DNA of 64,000 nt, taken from the IMG/VR virus record IMGVR_UViG_3300042541_001760, positions 124,001 to 188,000 of that record; one strand, given 5' to 3'. Position 1 is the stretch's first letter. Each line of letters opens with the position of its first letter. Of the stretch, positions 1 to 11,238 are shown piece after piece. A program made the translations under genes and the position numbers. The notes under the pieces were generated by a model. It was not told where the DNA came from and searched no databases. It worked only from the letters and a program-made list of their open reading frames with translations.

Positions 1-5
1 GTCAT

Positions 6-473
6 ATGAATATTTTCGTTTTAGATTGGGATATTAAACAGTGCGCAAAAGACCATTGTGATAAACATTGCGTTAAAATGATTCTTGAGACCGCTCAATT
101 ATTGTGTGGTGTTCATTGGTTGTTGGGTAATGACGCTCCATATAAATTGAGTCATAGGAATCACCCGTGTTCTATATGGACAAGAAAATCATTAAGTAAC
201 TATCTTTGGTTATGTGAATTAGGTTTAGAGTTATGTAACGAGTATACTCGTAGGTATGGTAAAACTCATAAGACTAAACAAATACTTGAATGGTGTTTAG
301 ATAATAAACCTCAAATCCCTGATATAGGTTTTACAGAACCATCATTAGCAATGCCTGACGATTATAAAACTAATGATGTTGTTGAATCTTATAGGAGATA
401 CTACGTTAATGATAAGAAAGAAATTGCTAAGTGGAAAGATGGATATGTTCCAAGTTGGTTTAAATTATCCTAA
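6..473 (+). CDS. Pyrimidine-dimer DNA glycosylase / T4 endonuclease V-like protein
   Basis: MNIFVLD...HCDKHCVKMILETAQLL...HRNHPC...W and YRRYY...K...W motifs typical of the phage Pyr_excise/DenV-like family. Confidence 0.75.
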   Translation: MNIFVLDWDIKQCAKDHCDKHCVKMILETAQLLCGVHWLLGNDAPYKLSHRNHPCSIWTRKSLSNYLWLCELGLELCNEYTRRYGKTHKTKQILEWCLDNKPQIPDIGFTEPSLAMPDDYKTNDVVESYRRYYVNDKKEIAKWKDGYVPSWFKLS

Positions 474-1357
474 GCAGTACAACCACCATCTCTACAGAAT
501 AAATTCTTTTCTTTTTCTCTTCTTGTTTTTAATCCTGAAAATCCGGCTTTATCTGAGTTGAATGTGAGTATCCTTTTTGATGCCTCAGCAAATTTACCCG
601 CTCTAACATAATCAATTAAATCGTTTTGGGCTGAATCTCCTCGTATTGATCCACATCCAGCATTAAACGTTAAAGAAGTTAAAGCATCAAACATGCTTTG
701 AGTTATCGTTCTATTAATGTTATTTCTTTTCCACTCACCGAATATTCTTTTAACGCAATCGGATGCGGTTTTAGTATCCTTTTGTAATAATTGCTCCGCC
801 TTTGATTGGTTTATTGTCATATTAGGTTTTACATTTTCACCTGTATGACCAAATCCTACGGTCCATTTATCACCTGGTACTCTATAAGATTTTAACATAG
901 GTTGACAATTAGAACCCGGTTTACCTTCTTCACATTTCAAAAACTTAATAAGTTCTTCGGAAGGTTGTAATGATAAAGGGTCTAGTAATGTTTTTTGTTG
1001 TGATGATGTCTTTTTTTGTGATGGTAATGTATTTTGTTTTTTACCATTTAAAATTAGATTTAAAAGTCCGTTGGTTTTAAAAATATTGTAAATTGTTTTT
1101 TTCTCCTCATCGGTAAACTCATAAGGTTCTAATATTATTTGTTGTAGATTTTGACTATGATTCTTAACTAATATATTATTAACAGAATTTAAAATATTCT
1201 GATTATTTATTAGTTTTAATGCGGAATACATTTTTTCTTCATCCGTACCAACACCACTAACAGACGACCATATAGTGTCGGCAATTTCTTGGGGGTTCGG
1301 GGATTTTAATTGCTCAATTAAAATTTTACACTGACTTTCATTAATTATTAACTTCAT
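470..1357 (-). CDS. Phage lysozyme (GH24) with N-terminal leader and annexin-like repeat
   Basis: C-terminal EEG...Y...WTVGFGH...FDALTSLTFNAG...GLKTRREKE is T4/P21-type muramidase; N-terminal MKLIINESQ leader and SGVGTDEEKMYSAL segment. Confidence 0.85.
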   Translation of the reverse strand: MKLIINESQCKILIEQLKSPNPQEIADTIWSSVSGVGTDEEKMYSALKLINNQNILNSVNNILVKNHSQNLQQIILEPYEFTDEEKKTIYNIFKTNGLLNLILNGKKQNTLPSQKKTSSQQKTLLDPLSLQPSEELIKFLKCEEGKPGSNCQPMLKSYRVPGDKWTVGFGHTGENVKPNMTINQSKAEQLLQKDTKTASDCVKRIFGEWKRNNINRTITQSMFDALTSLTFNAGCGSIRGDSAQNDLIDYVRAGKFAEASKRILTFNSDKAGFSGLKTRREKEKNLFCRDGGCTA

Positions 1358-1430
1358 ACATATAAATATACCGAAGTTGTATTGATATTAAGGATTTTTA
1401 TATTTATGATTTGAAAAAACAGAAACTATT

Positions 1431-1856
1431 ATGAAAAAAATTCAGAGCGGAGACACCGTAAAAGTAAATTACACAGGTAAATTTGAAGATGGATCAGTAT
1501 TTGACACATCTATGGTTGAAGGTAGAGAACCTTTGACAGTAACTTTGGGTCAAGGACAACTTATCCCAGGTTTTGAAAATGGTCTAATTGATATGACTAT
1601 TGGTGAAACAAAAACTATTGAGATTGAACCGAAAGACGCTTATGGTGAACCTGTTGAGGGTATGCTACAAGAGGTTGATAAATCTCAGCTTCCTGAAGAA
1701 CTTGAGGTTGGTGGTATGTTACAAGCACAAGGACCGGAAGGGGTATTTAATGTTGTTATCAAGGAAATTAAAGAAACTACCGTTATTTTGGATGCTAATC
1801 ACCCATTAGCAGGTAAAAAATTGGTATTTGATTTAGAAGTTGTTGAGGTAATGTAA
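1431..1856 (+). CDS. FKBP-type peptidyl-prolyl isomerase (SlyD/SlpA-like, no His tail)
   Basis: GDTVKVNYTGKFEDGSVFDTS...GQGQLIPGFE...DANHPLAGKKLVFDLEVVEV. Confidence 0.93.
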   Translation: MKKIQSGDTVKVNYTGKFEDGSVFDTSMVEGREPLTVTLGQGQLIPGFENGLIDMTIGETKTIEIEPKDAYGEPVEGMLQEVDKSQLPEELEVGGMLQAQGPEGVFNVVIKEIKETTVILDANHPLAGKKLVFDLEVVEVM

Positions 1857-1862
1857 TAAATT

Positions 1863-1891
1863 AAAACCCCAATCAAAAGTTGGGGTTTTTT
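1863..1891. terminator. Bidirectional intrinsic terminator-like hairpin
   Basis: AAAACCCC-AATCAAAAGTT-GGGGTTTTTT right after the FKBP stop. Confidence 0.7.
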
Positions 1892-2026
1892 AATTATGAA
1901 AGTAACTATTTTAGAATATTTAGGTAAGGGTATGTATTTGGTTATGTCTGATGACGGACAAACCTCAATATGTTCAGAAGAGGATATTGAGAGACTAAGA
2001 GAAATCGGTAATCTCCACGAATAACT

Positions 2027-2524
2027 CTATCTCAATTTAACTTTTAACGAATCAATGGAGGTTAGTATTTTGGAGAAGTCCAATTTAACCTTCTTTTTTT
2101 TGCGTTTCGGCGATGAAACCGATTTCCTCAATGGTTGGACAACCTCACAACTATCATAAACAACGATAGGGGTTACCACAATCTCTTCAGGTTGATATTC
2201 CACAGATTGATACTCCATTGACTTTATTCGGTCTCTAATCTCATCTAATTGATTTGTCATATCTCTTTTATCGGCAATTATTCGATCCTGTAATTCAACA
2301 ATAGTTGTAGTACATTCCGACTTACTATCAATAATTTGTTTATTTAGGGATATAATCTCATCCCTTTGTTCTTTGGTGAGTTCTTTAACATCCTTTTCAT
2401 CAAATATATTAATTACGGACGGTCCTAAAACTATTAAGATAATTGAAAACACAACTATCAGTAATGCCAATATTCTCTGTCCTTGTGTAAAATTTTTTAG
2501 TATCTGAGATATATATTTAAACAT
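2027..2524 (-). CDS. Membrane-anchored coiled-coil protein (possible lysis accessory)
   Basis: One N-terminal hydrophobic helix (ILALLIVVFSIILIVLG) then coiled coil; start moved to Met at 2524 downstream of TATTTATA. Confidence 0.5.
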   Translation of the reverse strand: MFKYISQILKNFTQGQRILALLIVVFSIILIVLGPSVINIFDEKDVKELTKEQRDEIISLNKQIIDSKSECTTTIVELQDRIIADKRDMTNQLDEIRDRIKSMEYQSVEYQPEEIVVTPIVVYDSCEVVQPLRKSVSSPKRKKKKVKLDFSKILTSIDSLKVKLR

Positions 2525-2565
2525 ATATATAAATATCTTACTATTTATATTAAACACACAAAATT

Positions 2566-3726
2566 ATGGTCAAATTTACGAAAGATGTTTTATTGGAGGC
2601 GTTAGGAGTCCCTGAAGGGATATTAAAGTCGGCGGAATCAATGTATAAGAAATTAATTAAATTTATTTCTGAGGAGGGTGATAATGATGTTGATGATGAA
2701 AATTATTATTTTAAGTTGGATGGACCTTTTAAAATTAATGAATATAAAATTAAATCAATAAATTTAAGATTAACATTTATAACAACAGATAATGTTGATA
2801 CCATAACTCTTGTTAGTATGGGATTTTCATCTAAGGTTAGATTTGATGATGTTAATTTAACACTTATTGACACTAACGATAAAAAGAATTTGGATATGTC
2901 TATTAATATAGCAATACCAGATACAATAACTTTCTCTGAATTATATCAATTTATTAAAGTTAAGGATAAAGACATAATATCGTCTTTTGCACACGAACTT
3001 AAACACTCTTACGATTCAGTTAAAAAACCTTTGGAGTCCATTGGAGACAGATCAAAATATGTCGCATACACTTCTTTTGGTATTGGATTAGAATCGATTG
3101 ATAAATTTATTTTTAACCTTTATTATACAACAGTAATAGAATCGTTAGTTAGACCTACGGAAGTTATGTCATTACTAAAACAAAATAAGGTTAAGAGGAA
3201 AAATTTCATAGATTTCCTTTTAAATAATGAGACATACACCACACTTAAAAAAATATATAACTTCTCATTAGAAAATTTAAGAATGGAGTTATCTAAAGAA
3301 ATACCAACCATTAATAAGATTTTAACTCAGTTAAATGAGCGTGGGAGATATAAAACTAACGAAGAAAAGATAGACAGGATATTATACCTAACATATATTA
3401 ATTTAGGTAATGATATGGGTAGAACATTCCAATCCGTCTTAACAACTCACCCATTTGAAGGTATTTTTGGTTTTATGGATAAAAGAAAGGATATGATGTT
3501 CAATGACTTCATTAAGGAAATATCAAAATTTAACGATAACCCTAATGATTTTTTTGAATATGAAGAAAAAAAGTTTAAATTTGTATCAAGTAAGATGATG
3601 AAAAAACTATCCAAACTTTACGCTATGTTACCTGAAGATAAGAAATCAATCAAAAATTGGGATTTACATCAAAAAATAACTAAGAGGGCTCCGCTTGAAT
3701 CAGTATCTATATTTAAAAAGGATTAA
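2566..3726 (+). CDS. Hypothetical protein with zincin-like HExxH motif
   Basis: SFAHELKH motif; TATTTATA at 2542-2549; leader ending LLE. Confidence 0.5.
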   Translation: MVKFTKDVLLEALGVPEGILKSAESMYKKLIKFISEEGDNDVDDENYYFKLDGPFKINEYKIKSINLRLTFITTDNVDTITLVSMGFSSKVRFDDVNLTLIDTNDKKNLDMSINIAIPDTITFSELYQFIKVKDKDIISSFAHELKHSYDSVKKPLESIGDRSKYVAYTSFGIGLESIDKFIFNLYYTTVIESLVRPTEVMSLLKQNKVKRKNFIDFLLNNETYTTLKKIYNFSLENLRMELSKEIPTINKILTQLNERGRYKTNEEKIDRILYLTYINLGNDMGRTFQSVLTTHPFEGIFGFMDKRKDMMFNDFIKEISKFNDNPNDFFEYEEKKFKFVSSKMMKKLSKLYAMLPEDKKSIKNWDLHQKITKRAPLESVSIFKKD

Positions 3727-4061
3727 TCCCAAACACTATCATATACAACCATAACTGAAAACTTTTCTGAGAACCATTTATTTATTGCATCACAAGTAAT
3801 ATCGTAGAAATCTTGCGGAGCCATATCTGAAGGTTTTAACGTCCTTGTTATTTGGTCTATAATTGACCCTTTATATTCCAACACCCTACCCTTTTTATTA
3901 TACAATAGTTCCCAATAATAATCTTCAGAATCATAATCAGCATCCATACTGCTAAATTTTTTTTTATCACAATATATATACTTACCATTCTCCTCAACAT
4001 CTTTACAATAATGTCTATCCATCCACTTACCTATTAATTTATCATATTTACTCATAATCAT
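3723..4061 (-). CDS. Hypothetical protein, distant member of the ~100 aa expanded family
   Basis: KLIGKWMDRHY near the N-terminus and KWFSEKF near the C-terminus resemble the MDIQVN-family pattern. Confidence 0.45.
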   Translation of the reverse strand: MIMSKYDKLIGKWMDRHYCKDVEENGKYIYCDKKKFSSMDADYDSEDYYWELLYNKKGRVLEYKGSIIDQITRTLKPSDMAPQDFYDITCDAINKWFSEKFSVMVVYDSVWD

Positions 4062-4081
4062 TCTATTTAATTATTCTGGTA

Positions 4082-4093
4082 TATTTATAAATA
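4082..4093. promoter_or_regulatory. Palindromic TATTTATAAATA (divergent late-type promoter motif)
   Basis: Perfect palindrome between divergent genes 3723-4061 and 4112-4426; same palindrome at 54057-54068. Confidence 0.55.
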
Positions 4094-4111
4094 TCAATTT
4101 TTATATAAAAT

Positions 4112-4426
4112 ATGAATCACAGGTTACCAATAATAGAAAAATTTATAATTAAATACTATCCTGATGTTATGGATGTTTATTTTACCGAAACAAGTGTATA
4201 TTTAGCGAGTTCTTTTGAATTACCTGAAGAAGAAAGGACTATTACTCAGACGGTAATAAATATAGTTATTAATAACTTAAAAAATAATTTACGTAATAGA
4301 AGTCAAAAAAATGAACTTATTAGTAATATAAACGATAGATTAAGTGGTTTTGGTGTTGACCAATTTGAATACGGTTCTAAATGGGGTACTCAATATCATA
4401 TTGCTGAGATTAAAAAGTATGAATAA
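4112..4426 (+). CDS. Hypothetical protein
   Basis: ORF 104 aa. Confidence 0.6.
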   Translation: MNHRLPIIEKFIIKYYPDVMDVYFTETSVYLASSFELPEEERTITQTVINIVINNLKNNLRNRSQKNELISNINDRLSGFGVDQFEYGSKWGTQYHIAEIKKYE

Positions 4427-4432
4427 GTTATT

Positions 4433-6013
4433 ATGAAAAAAAGATTAGACGAACAGATTAATAAAATAAAAAACATAATGGGTATTTCTGAATTAATAAC
4501 GGAAGTATCCAAAAAAGACATTTTAATTAATAAATTAGGTTTTAATGAGGGTAATGCAAATTATTTAGATAAATTGTGTGGTCCGTTATCTGTAATAATC
4601 GGCAAAAAACTTATTGATAGATTTGAAGATACTCAATCGGGGTTAAAACGTTTGAACGATTTCGGAATTAATAGATTATTTATGGGTGATATAACATCAA
4701 TAATGGATTGGATTAGAGTCGGTTTAAATGGTAATTTTACTTCATATAAAAATTTAACATTTGACGAACTTTATAATAAATCAATAGAATGGCATGACTC
4801 ACTTCAAATTGGTCAAGGAGAAATTAACTATGTTGAGAACCATCCAATTGCGGTAGATTTCAGGAAAGAGGATGGTACCGGTTTTTATTGGGTTGATTTG
4901 GAAACCAATGAGTCGGATGAAGAATGTGATAGAATGGGTCATTGTGGAAGAACAGATAAGGGTAATAACCTATTCTCATTAAGAGAAACGATTAAACTAC
5001 CAGGTGGAAAATACACATTGAATAGGAGTCATTTAACCGCATCTATAAGTGATGAGGGTATTCTATATCAATTAAAAGGTTCAAAAAACTCAAAACCTAA
5101 AGCTGAATTTCACCAATATATAGTTCCGTTATTTTTTATGATAGGTGGTGGGGGAGAAGAACACGATTATTATATTAATGGTTTTGGATCTGAATACGCA
5201 TCAAACTTAGATTTTAAATTATCCGATTTACCTGAAGAAAGTATTAAAGTATTATATAGAGATAGACCTGAATTATTTTCTGGTTATGGAATGCAGAAAT
5301 TATTAATTAAGATGGGTATAATTGAAAACAAAATATCTAGTGTTTTTGAACTTGAATTAGATACTGATGAAATTAGTGAATATGTTAATGGTGACTATGC
5401 CATATCCACAAGGAAATGGGTGGATGATAACGGTAATAAAAGAACGTCATCAAATTACCTATTTAAAGCCATTATGGAAGACCCTTGGGATTTGTGGAAT
5501 AATTATGATGTTGATTGGGAAAGTTCCTTACAATATCATGTTAACGATAAAAACGAAGCAAAGATAAGAGAAATTTTATCTAAGGATACGGAAGAAGACA
5601 CGTCAGAATATTCAATAGAGGATTTGATTGAAGAATTTGATGGTGGTGATATTGTTACGGCAATATCAATTGTGACAAGTGAAGCCGAACGTGATAGTTA
5701 CGGAAATATGTTAAGAAATACTTTAAAATCTTGTTTAGAAGAATATGGTAAAGTAACTAAATTTGATGATGAGGGTGTGAAAGTTACAATAGATTTGGAT
5801 AACTTCACAGATAACGTTGATGAGGAAGATTTAAATGAGTTTTTTGAAAATTGTAAAGATGAGCCCTCTTGCGTTTTTTATGATATAATGAATGGTAGTG
5901 GTTATGGTGGTTATGTAGACAAACCAAAATTTAGTGTTGATGAAAGATGGTATCCTGATATTAACGAGACGTATTTTAACGAATATTTAAGTGAAAGATT
6001 ATCTGAAATATAA
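4433..6013 (+). CDS. PcfJ-like domain protein with acidic C-terminal region
   Basis: EECDRMGHCG...FSLRE...HLTASI...LYQLKGSKNSKP matches the PcfJ-like pattern; leader MKKRLDEQINKIKNIM. Confidence 0.55.
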   Translation: MKKRLDEQINKIKNIMGISELITEVSKKDILINKLGFNEGNANYLDKLCGPLSVIIGKKLIDRFEDTQSGLKRLNDFGINRLFMGDITSIMDWIRVGLNGNFTSYKNLTFDELYNKSIEWHDSLQIGQGEINYVENHPIAVDFRKEDGTGFYWVDLETNESDEECDRMGHCGRTDKGNNLFSLRETIKLPGGKYTLNRSHLTASISDEGILYQLKGSKNSKPKAEFHQYIVPLFFMIGGGGEEHDYYINGFGSEYASNLDFKLSDLPEESIKVLYRDRPELFSGYGMQKLLIKMGIIENKISSVFELELDTDEISEYVNGDYAISTRKWVDDNGNKRTSSNYLFKAIMEDPWDLWNNYDVDWESSLQYHVNDKNEAKIREILSKDTEEDTSEYSIEDLIEEFDGGDIVTAISIVTSEAERDSYGNMLRNTLKSCLEEYGKVTKFDDEGVKVTIDLDNFTDNVDEEDLNEFFENCKDEPSCVFYDIMNGSGYGGYVDKPKFSVDERWYPDINETYFNEYLSERLSEI

Positions 6014-6541
6014 TTATAGGTAATCTACACTAATATTAAAACTTAAACCATTGTAGGGTTTATGTATCTTAGAATATATTGCCGATACTATATCACCTAT
6101 TTCATCACTTATTTCCCATAAGATATCTTCATACTCTTTATCACCCAAATTATTAAAATCAATACGATGTCCAGAATCAATTAAAGTCAGTTCTCCATCC
6201 ATTATTTGAGCCAAGACAGTTATATCTTCACCCCAATCACTACCATCTAATATTTCCATCATAAACCTAAATGAATACGACCCCATATTAACCACATCCG
6301 CATAGTCGTCTGTATTGAAAACTTTATTTTTAGTAATTCTGGTAAGATTACTTATTACATTATCCATACCACCAAAATACTCAATAAAAATCATTCTAAT
6401 AACCGCTTCATCAAATCCTGTAAGGATGGCTTTAACCACGGGATCATCAACTCTAGGTTTTTTACCTTGTAGTTTTATCTTATCGTAATAATTAAAAACT
6501 ACTTTTTTTAAAGGTTCGTATTCTTCCATACTAAAAATCAT
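6014..6541 (-). CDS. Hypothetical protein
   Basis: ORF 175 aa. Confidence 0.6.
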   Translation of the reverse strand: MIFSMEEYEPLKKVVFNYYDKIKLQGKKPRVDDPVVKAILTGFDEAVIRMIFIEYFGGMDNVISNLTRITKNKVFNTDDYADVVNMGSYSFRFMMEILDGSDWGEDITVLAQIMDGELTLIDSGHRIDFNNLGDKEYEDILWEISDEIGDIVSAIYSKIHKPYNGLSFNISVDYL

Positions 6542-7989
6542 ACCCCCCTAAGTATGTAAATTTTTTTCTAAGTTTCATCCCTGATATTTTAGAGAAATAT
6601 TTAGTTACGATCTTATTAATTTCGTCTTCATCAGTCGCTCTAAAAATACTTGATACTCTTTCTAATAATTGTAAAGATATAGACCATTTGTGTCCGGATT
6701 CACCATCCCCAATCTTTAAGTCAACAACAAATACTAATCTTTCCTTATCATCAAAATAAGCGACTCTTGTATTAAGTTGGTTTTTCTCCCCTTCTAATAC
6801 ACCTAAAATATTGTCAATGTATTTAGTTACTAAACTATATAATCTTTCTTCACTTATTACTATATTCATATGAATAAATAGTGTGAATATAATAAAAATT
6901 AACGCATCATTTCGTTAATAATATTCATAAGATAGGTTTGTTTTTCTGATAAAACTCTAATCCGTTTTAATTGGGTTTCATTTAAATCAAATGATTCTGA
7001 TTTAACTTGGGAAATTTGATTTCCTAAGTGGTGATATTCCGACATCAATTGGTCGTATTTTTTTGCTTTGTTCTCGTTGTCCATATTATGAAATATATGT
7101 GGTATGGTGTGTTAGTCAATAGATGTTAAACTGCAAAAAACGTAACATCAACATCATAACTTTTTTCAAACCATACAACTAAATCATTTTTATTAATAAA
7201 AGGAAATGCGGATTTTAACATTTGGTAAAAATCATTATGAATATGTAACTTTTCATCCTTAAAATCGTAATATAATACCAAGTCCTTATTAAGTGTTACC
7301 CAAATACTGGTTTCCTGATGGTCATGACCAAACTTTAAATTATTCATATAGTCATAGAAGATTTCCATCAACCGACCATTCTGAGATTCAGAAATTAGTA
7401 TCTTCATAATCGGCAATATTATCCGAATCTTCAGCCCATTGTGTAAAATAGTCCAATTCCATATTATAGGACATACCTATTGAATCCTTAACATATTGTT
7501 CAAACATATCTTCAATTCTATCTTCACTAACACCCAACTCCATTGCTTTTTCAATAATACTTTCAGGAACTTCCAGTGTAATATATTTTAATTCACCTTC
7601 TAATGGTTGTTCGCTAATAACTCTTTTAACTAAACGAGTTAAATCTTTTTCTGTTAATTTTATAATTTTTTTCATACGCTTGCTTTAGATATTTTAACAC
7701 CTACGGTCCTATATTCAGGAAAATTATCCTTAAACCAATTATAAATATCGTCTTGATCAATAAACACAAATATGGATGTTATTCTTTCATAGAATTTCAA
7801 CGATATGTAAAGATAATATTCACCTTCATAATCTTGTTTTAGTAAAAAAACAAAATCTTTACCGGACTCAAATGCTGGTATGCCGAGACCCAACCAATTA
7901 TCATTCACTTTTAAATTAAGTTTGGACATATAATCCTCAAAGTGTTTATATAACCTGTCTTTACGTTCTTGTGATATTATTATTTTCAT
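6531..7989 (-). CDS. Cluster of short leader-bearing hypothetical genes (6531-6869, 6899-7084, 7126-7407, 7388-7675, 7672-7989)
   Basis: Contiguous ORFs starting MNIVISEE, MKILISES, MKKIIKLTEKDL, MKIIISQE; 6899-7084 lacks a leader. Confidence 0.65.
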
Positions 7990-8833
7990 TTTATTCTAAA
8001 GTATGGATTACCATATGGTTTTAATTCCCTTGTTAAAAATTCAGTAATGGTTGGTATCCAATATTCCTCAACATCTTTACGATACCATTTAACATCTATT
8101 GGTACCAACATTCTATTATCAACCAGTACGGGTGTACCCAAAACAATAATTTTATCAACATTAGAAAAAATACTTAGATACCAATTTTCAGATGATATCT
8201 CTTGCTCTTTATATTTTTGTTTCAAGTTAGATAATGTCTTATCTAATAAGTTTTGATACATGTTTTTTATGACAATATCTTTTGATTGTTCAGTTAATAT
8301 GTTTTTAATAATCTCTCTCATAATTAGTAACTATATTCTTCTCTATATAAATATAAATATTCCAATAATAGACCATACACTTCATTTAAATATGTGGTAT
8401 TAAACCAATGAACTAATTCACTAACACTATTAAATGGGTCTAGATTATCTAACTTGATTGTGGTATTATCCAAATCATATACGGAATCATTATTACGATA
8501 AGTATATTCTGTCATATCTATTGGTATATATTTCCCACCATCCCAAAATGGGGTACACATAGCATCCATATTCTCACCAGGTAGATTAAGTGTCCAATGG
8601 ACAATACCATCTATTTCACTAAATCTCAACTTAGCATATCCGATTTTATCGTGTAATAAATTAGTATTTTTCTTTAATTCAAATAATAATTGATATGCGG
8701 TTTCAGAATCTATCTTAATTTTATCTTCAAGAGCCATAAAAAGTTCAAGTATGCTATACCCTGTAATATCTAATGTTTTTTGGACTCCACTCTTATTAAC
8801 GAGTTTCGCTAATACCTCTGATTTTGATTTCAT
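7986..8833 (-). CDS. Two hypothetical proteins (7986-8321, 8324-8833)
   Basis: Abutting ORFs; TATTTATA upstream of 8833; MREIIKNILTE leader on the downstream gene. Confidence 0.6.
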
Positions 8834-8866
8834 ATTACTTATAAATATAAAATATTTTGAAATTGT

Positions 8867-8896
8867 TTTGTAGTGTTGTTTTTTTGCCTATCTTTG
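8867..8896 (+). promoter_or_regulatory. Bacteroidota housekeeping-sigma promoter
   Basis: TTTG (8867-70), 18 nt spacer, TATCTTTG (8889-96), matching the established -33/-7 consensus. Confidence 0.7.
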
Positions 8897-8919
8897 TAAA
8901 ACCAAAAACTAAACGACCT

Positions 8920-9672
8920 ATGATGACTCACGAAATGATTAAACAAGTTGCTCCCTCAGTGTTCGCAACATCTCCATCTCCAAAAGTATCTAGCAGATAC
9001 GTATTCGTTCCGACTATGGACATTATTGAAAACTTTGAACGCGAAGGTTGGAATGTCGCCTCAGCAAAACAAACAGGTCGTGGCATACACGGACTCCACG
9101 AGATTAAATTCCGAAATGGTGACTTACCAAATGTTGGTGACACATTAATTGAAGCAATTATTAAGAACTCCCACAACGGGGTGGCAACATTAAACATTAG
9201 TTCAGGATTACACCGATTAGTATGTTCAAATGGTCTAACGGTACCGACATCAGTATCGGATTCATTTAAAGTTAGACACTCAGGATTTGAATTTGAGGAT
9301 GTGAAACGATTAACAGAAGATTTCTCAAAGCGTCTTCCTATCATCCAAGGTTCTGTAAACAGAATGATGGAACACCAATTAACAATGGACGAGAAATTAA
9401 AATTCGCAAAGAAGTCCGCTGAGGTTCGTTGGGGTATTGGATCAGTTCCCGTAACTTTAAATTACGATAGTATCTTAAATCCTCTCCGTGATGAGGACAA
9501 AGGTGACTCACTATGGCAAGTATTCAATGTCGTTCAAGAGAAGTTTATTCGTGGTGGTGTGGAATATACAACAAACTCAGGAAGAAAGACAGGGTTGAGA
9601 ACAATGAACGACATTTATAATGTCAATAGAATTAACACCAAACTTTGGGAATTAGCTGAAGATATGTTTTAA
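8920..9672 (+). CDS. DUF932 / DUF945 family phage protein
   Basis: APSVFA...SSRYVFVPT...NSHNG...GLHRLVCSNGL...LWQVFNVVQE...N..LWELA; start moved to Met at 8920. Confidence 0.8.
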   Translation: MMTHEMIKQVAPSVFATSPSPKVSSRYVFVPTMDIIENFEREGWNVASAKQTGRGIHGLHEIKFRNGDLPNVGDTLIEAIIKNSHNGVATLNISSGLHRLVCSNGLTVPTSVSDSFKVRHSGFEFEDVKRLTEDFSKRLPIIQGSVNRMMEHQLTMDEKLKFAKKSAEVRWGIGSVPVTLNYDSILNPLRDEDKGDSLWQVFNVVQEKFIRGGVEYTTNSGRKTGLRTMNDIYNVNRINTKLWELAEDMF

Positions 9673-10038
9673 CTAAACGGGGGTGGAAACACCCCCACTT
9701 TCTACTTATATGGACAATATTTCACTCTGCGAATCACATATTTCATTATTTCACAAATTCTTTAAGATTGGTGAAATTAAGATAGGACCTAAGGTTATAA
9801 CCGGAACCGGAATGACATATGGTAGAGTTCAAATTATATCAAGAAAACCAAATCCATTTTTGGATGATTATCGATATATTAGTATATACGATGATGATAT
9901 TTTGGGTTGTAATGTTTTTTCAGTTTTTTTTGATAGGTATCTTTCGGTAACATCAAGTAACCAATTTACATTATATCTACATTTAAAACAAATCTACGCT
10001 AGTGTGGATAAAGAATTTAATAAAAATGTTTTAGATAG

Positions 10039-10833
10039 TTAAATATTTTTATCCTCTTTTAATATTCTGAATCTTAATAGTGGTTTTCCGTTAATTGTAA
10101 TATCACCCTTTTCATTTTTACCAATTGTCTTAACAATAACTTTTTTATTTTTAAACTTACCACCCATAACGACATCACCAACATTAATATCAAGTTTTAT
10201 CATTTCGGATAGGGGGTTATTTTGTGTTTTTAACTTATAGGCAACTATTTCATAAGCCTTTCTAAGGTCGTGACTCCAAGCGTTATCAAGCCATCCTTCA
10301 CTATATTCGTTTGAGTTGGATCTGATAAAATCCATCATTTCACCATCTGAAATTTTTTCAGGTATTTCTATCTCACCTGGACATATAGCACCTTTAAAAT
10401 CATAACTTTCACAATACGAAACTTCTATCTCAGGATGACCCATCTCCTCACCAAATTTAGTGGTATAGTTGTCGTCATACCACTCCGCAATAACATTTAA
10501 GACATAACTTTCTCTAATGGAAAATAACCTTTTAATGTCATCAATAATTTTTTTTGAAAAAACTATGTGTCCTTCATTAAAATTATGAAGTTCAGGACCG
10601 TCATCGTCTTCATCATTATTAAAATAATAAATCGATCTGGCAATTACAACACCGTTCTTACACCAGTGTTCATCAAGGTTACCATAAAATTCTTTAGGGT
10701 CACCGACAATCCTTTTAGCTCCGACCATTTGTTTATTTAGGTAAGATATAATAACCTTTTCCATATTAGCATTTGATCTAACATATTTTTTTTGACTTTC
10801 TTCTCGTAATACTTTTCTAATTAGGTCTTTCAT
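10039..10833 (-). CDS. Hypothetical leader-bearing two-module protein
   Basis: MKDLIRKVLREE leader; internal PLSE followed by a small beta-rich module (DINVGDVVMGGKFKNKK). Confidence 0.55.
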   Translation of the reverse strand: MKDLIRKVLREESQKKYVRSNANMEKVIISYLNKQMVGAKRIVGDPKEFYGNLDEHWCKNGVVIARSIYYFNNDEDDDGPELHNFNEGHIVFSKKIIDDIKRLFSIRESYVLNVIAEWYDDNYTTKFGEEMGHPEIEVSYCESYDFKGAICPGEIEIPEKISDGEMMDFIRSNSNEYSEGWLDNAWSHDLRKAYEIVAYKLKTQNNPLSEMIKLDINVGDVVMGGKFKNKKVIVKTIGKNEKGDITINGKPLLRFRILKEDKNI

Positions 10834-10836
10834 ATT

Positions 10837-11163
10837 TTAAGGGCAGTTATCTGAATATTTATCTCTAATTAAAGTTCCGTATTTCTCTTCAAGATAAGTA
10901 TTAATAATATCATAATACGATTCAAGAATTTCTGTATTTAAATTTTCATCTTCACCAAAATGACTTAAATACTTATGATAAAACATTTCAAAAACATACT
11001 GAAACACAACCTCAAAGAACGTATTTTCATTATCATATTCATCACAATTATATTCTAACATTTTATTGCTATATATTGACTCAAATTTAGTGGTCATAAT
11101 TTCGTCAACATAAGACAATCTCCTTAACACAAAACTTTGATTCTCATTAATTATAATCTTCAT
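10837..11163 (-). CDS. Hypothetical protein (paralog of 12820-13113)
   Basis: Shared VLRRL...CDxYD...YLxxKxG pattern; MKIIINE leader. Confidence 0.55.
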   Translation of the reverse strand: MKIIINENQSFVLRRLSYVDEIMTTKFESIYSNKMLEYNCDEYDNENTFFEVVFQYVFEMFYHKYLSHFGEDENLNTEILESYYDIINTYLEEKYGTLIRDKYSDNCP

Positions 11164-11238
11164 ATCAATAAATACATAAAAAAGGGGGTAGGGGGAAATT
11201 TTCTGAAAAAAAATTATTAAAATTTATCTTTTTTTAGT

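Noticed and set aside
1860-2030. Short ORF after the FKBP terminator
   Set aside because: About 40 codons, overlaps the neighbouring gene end, and has no supporting motif
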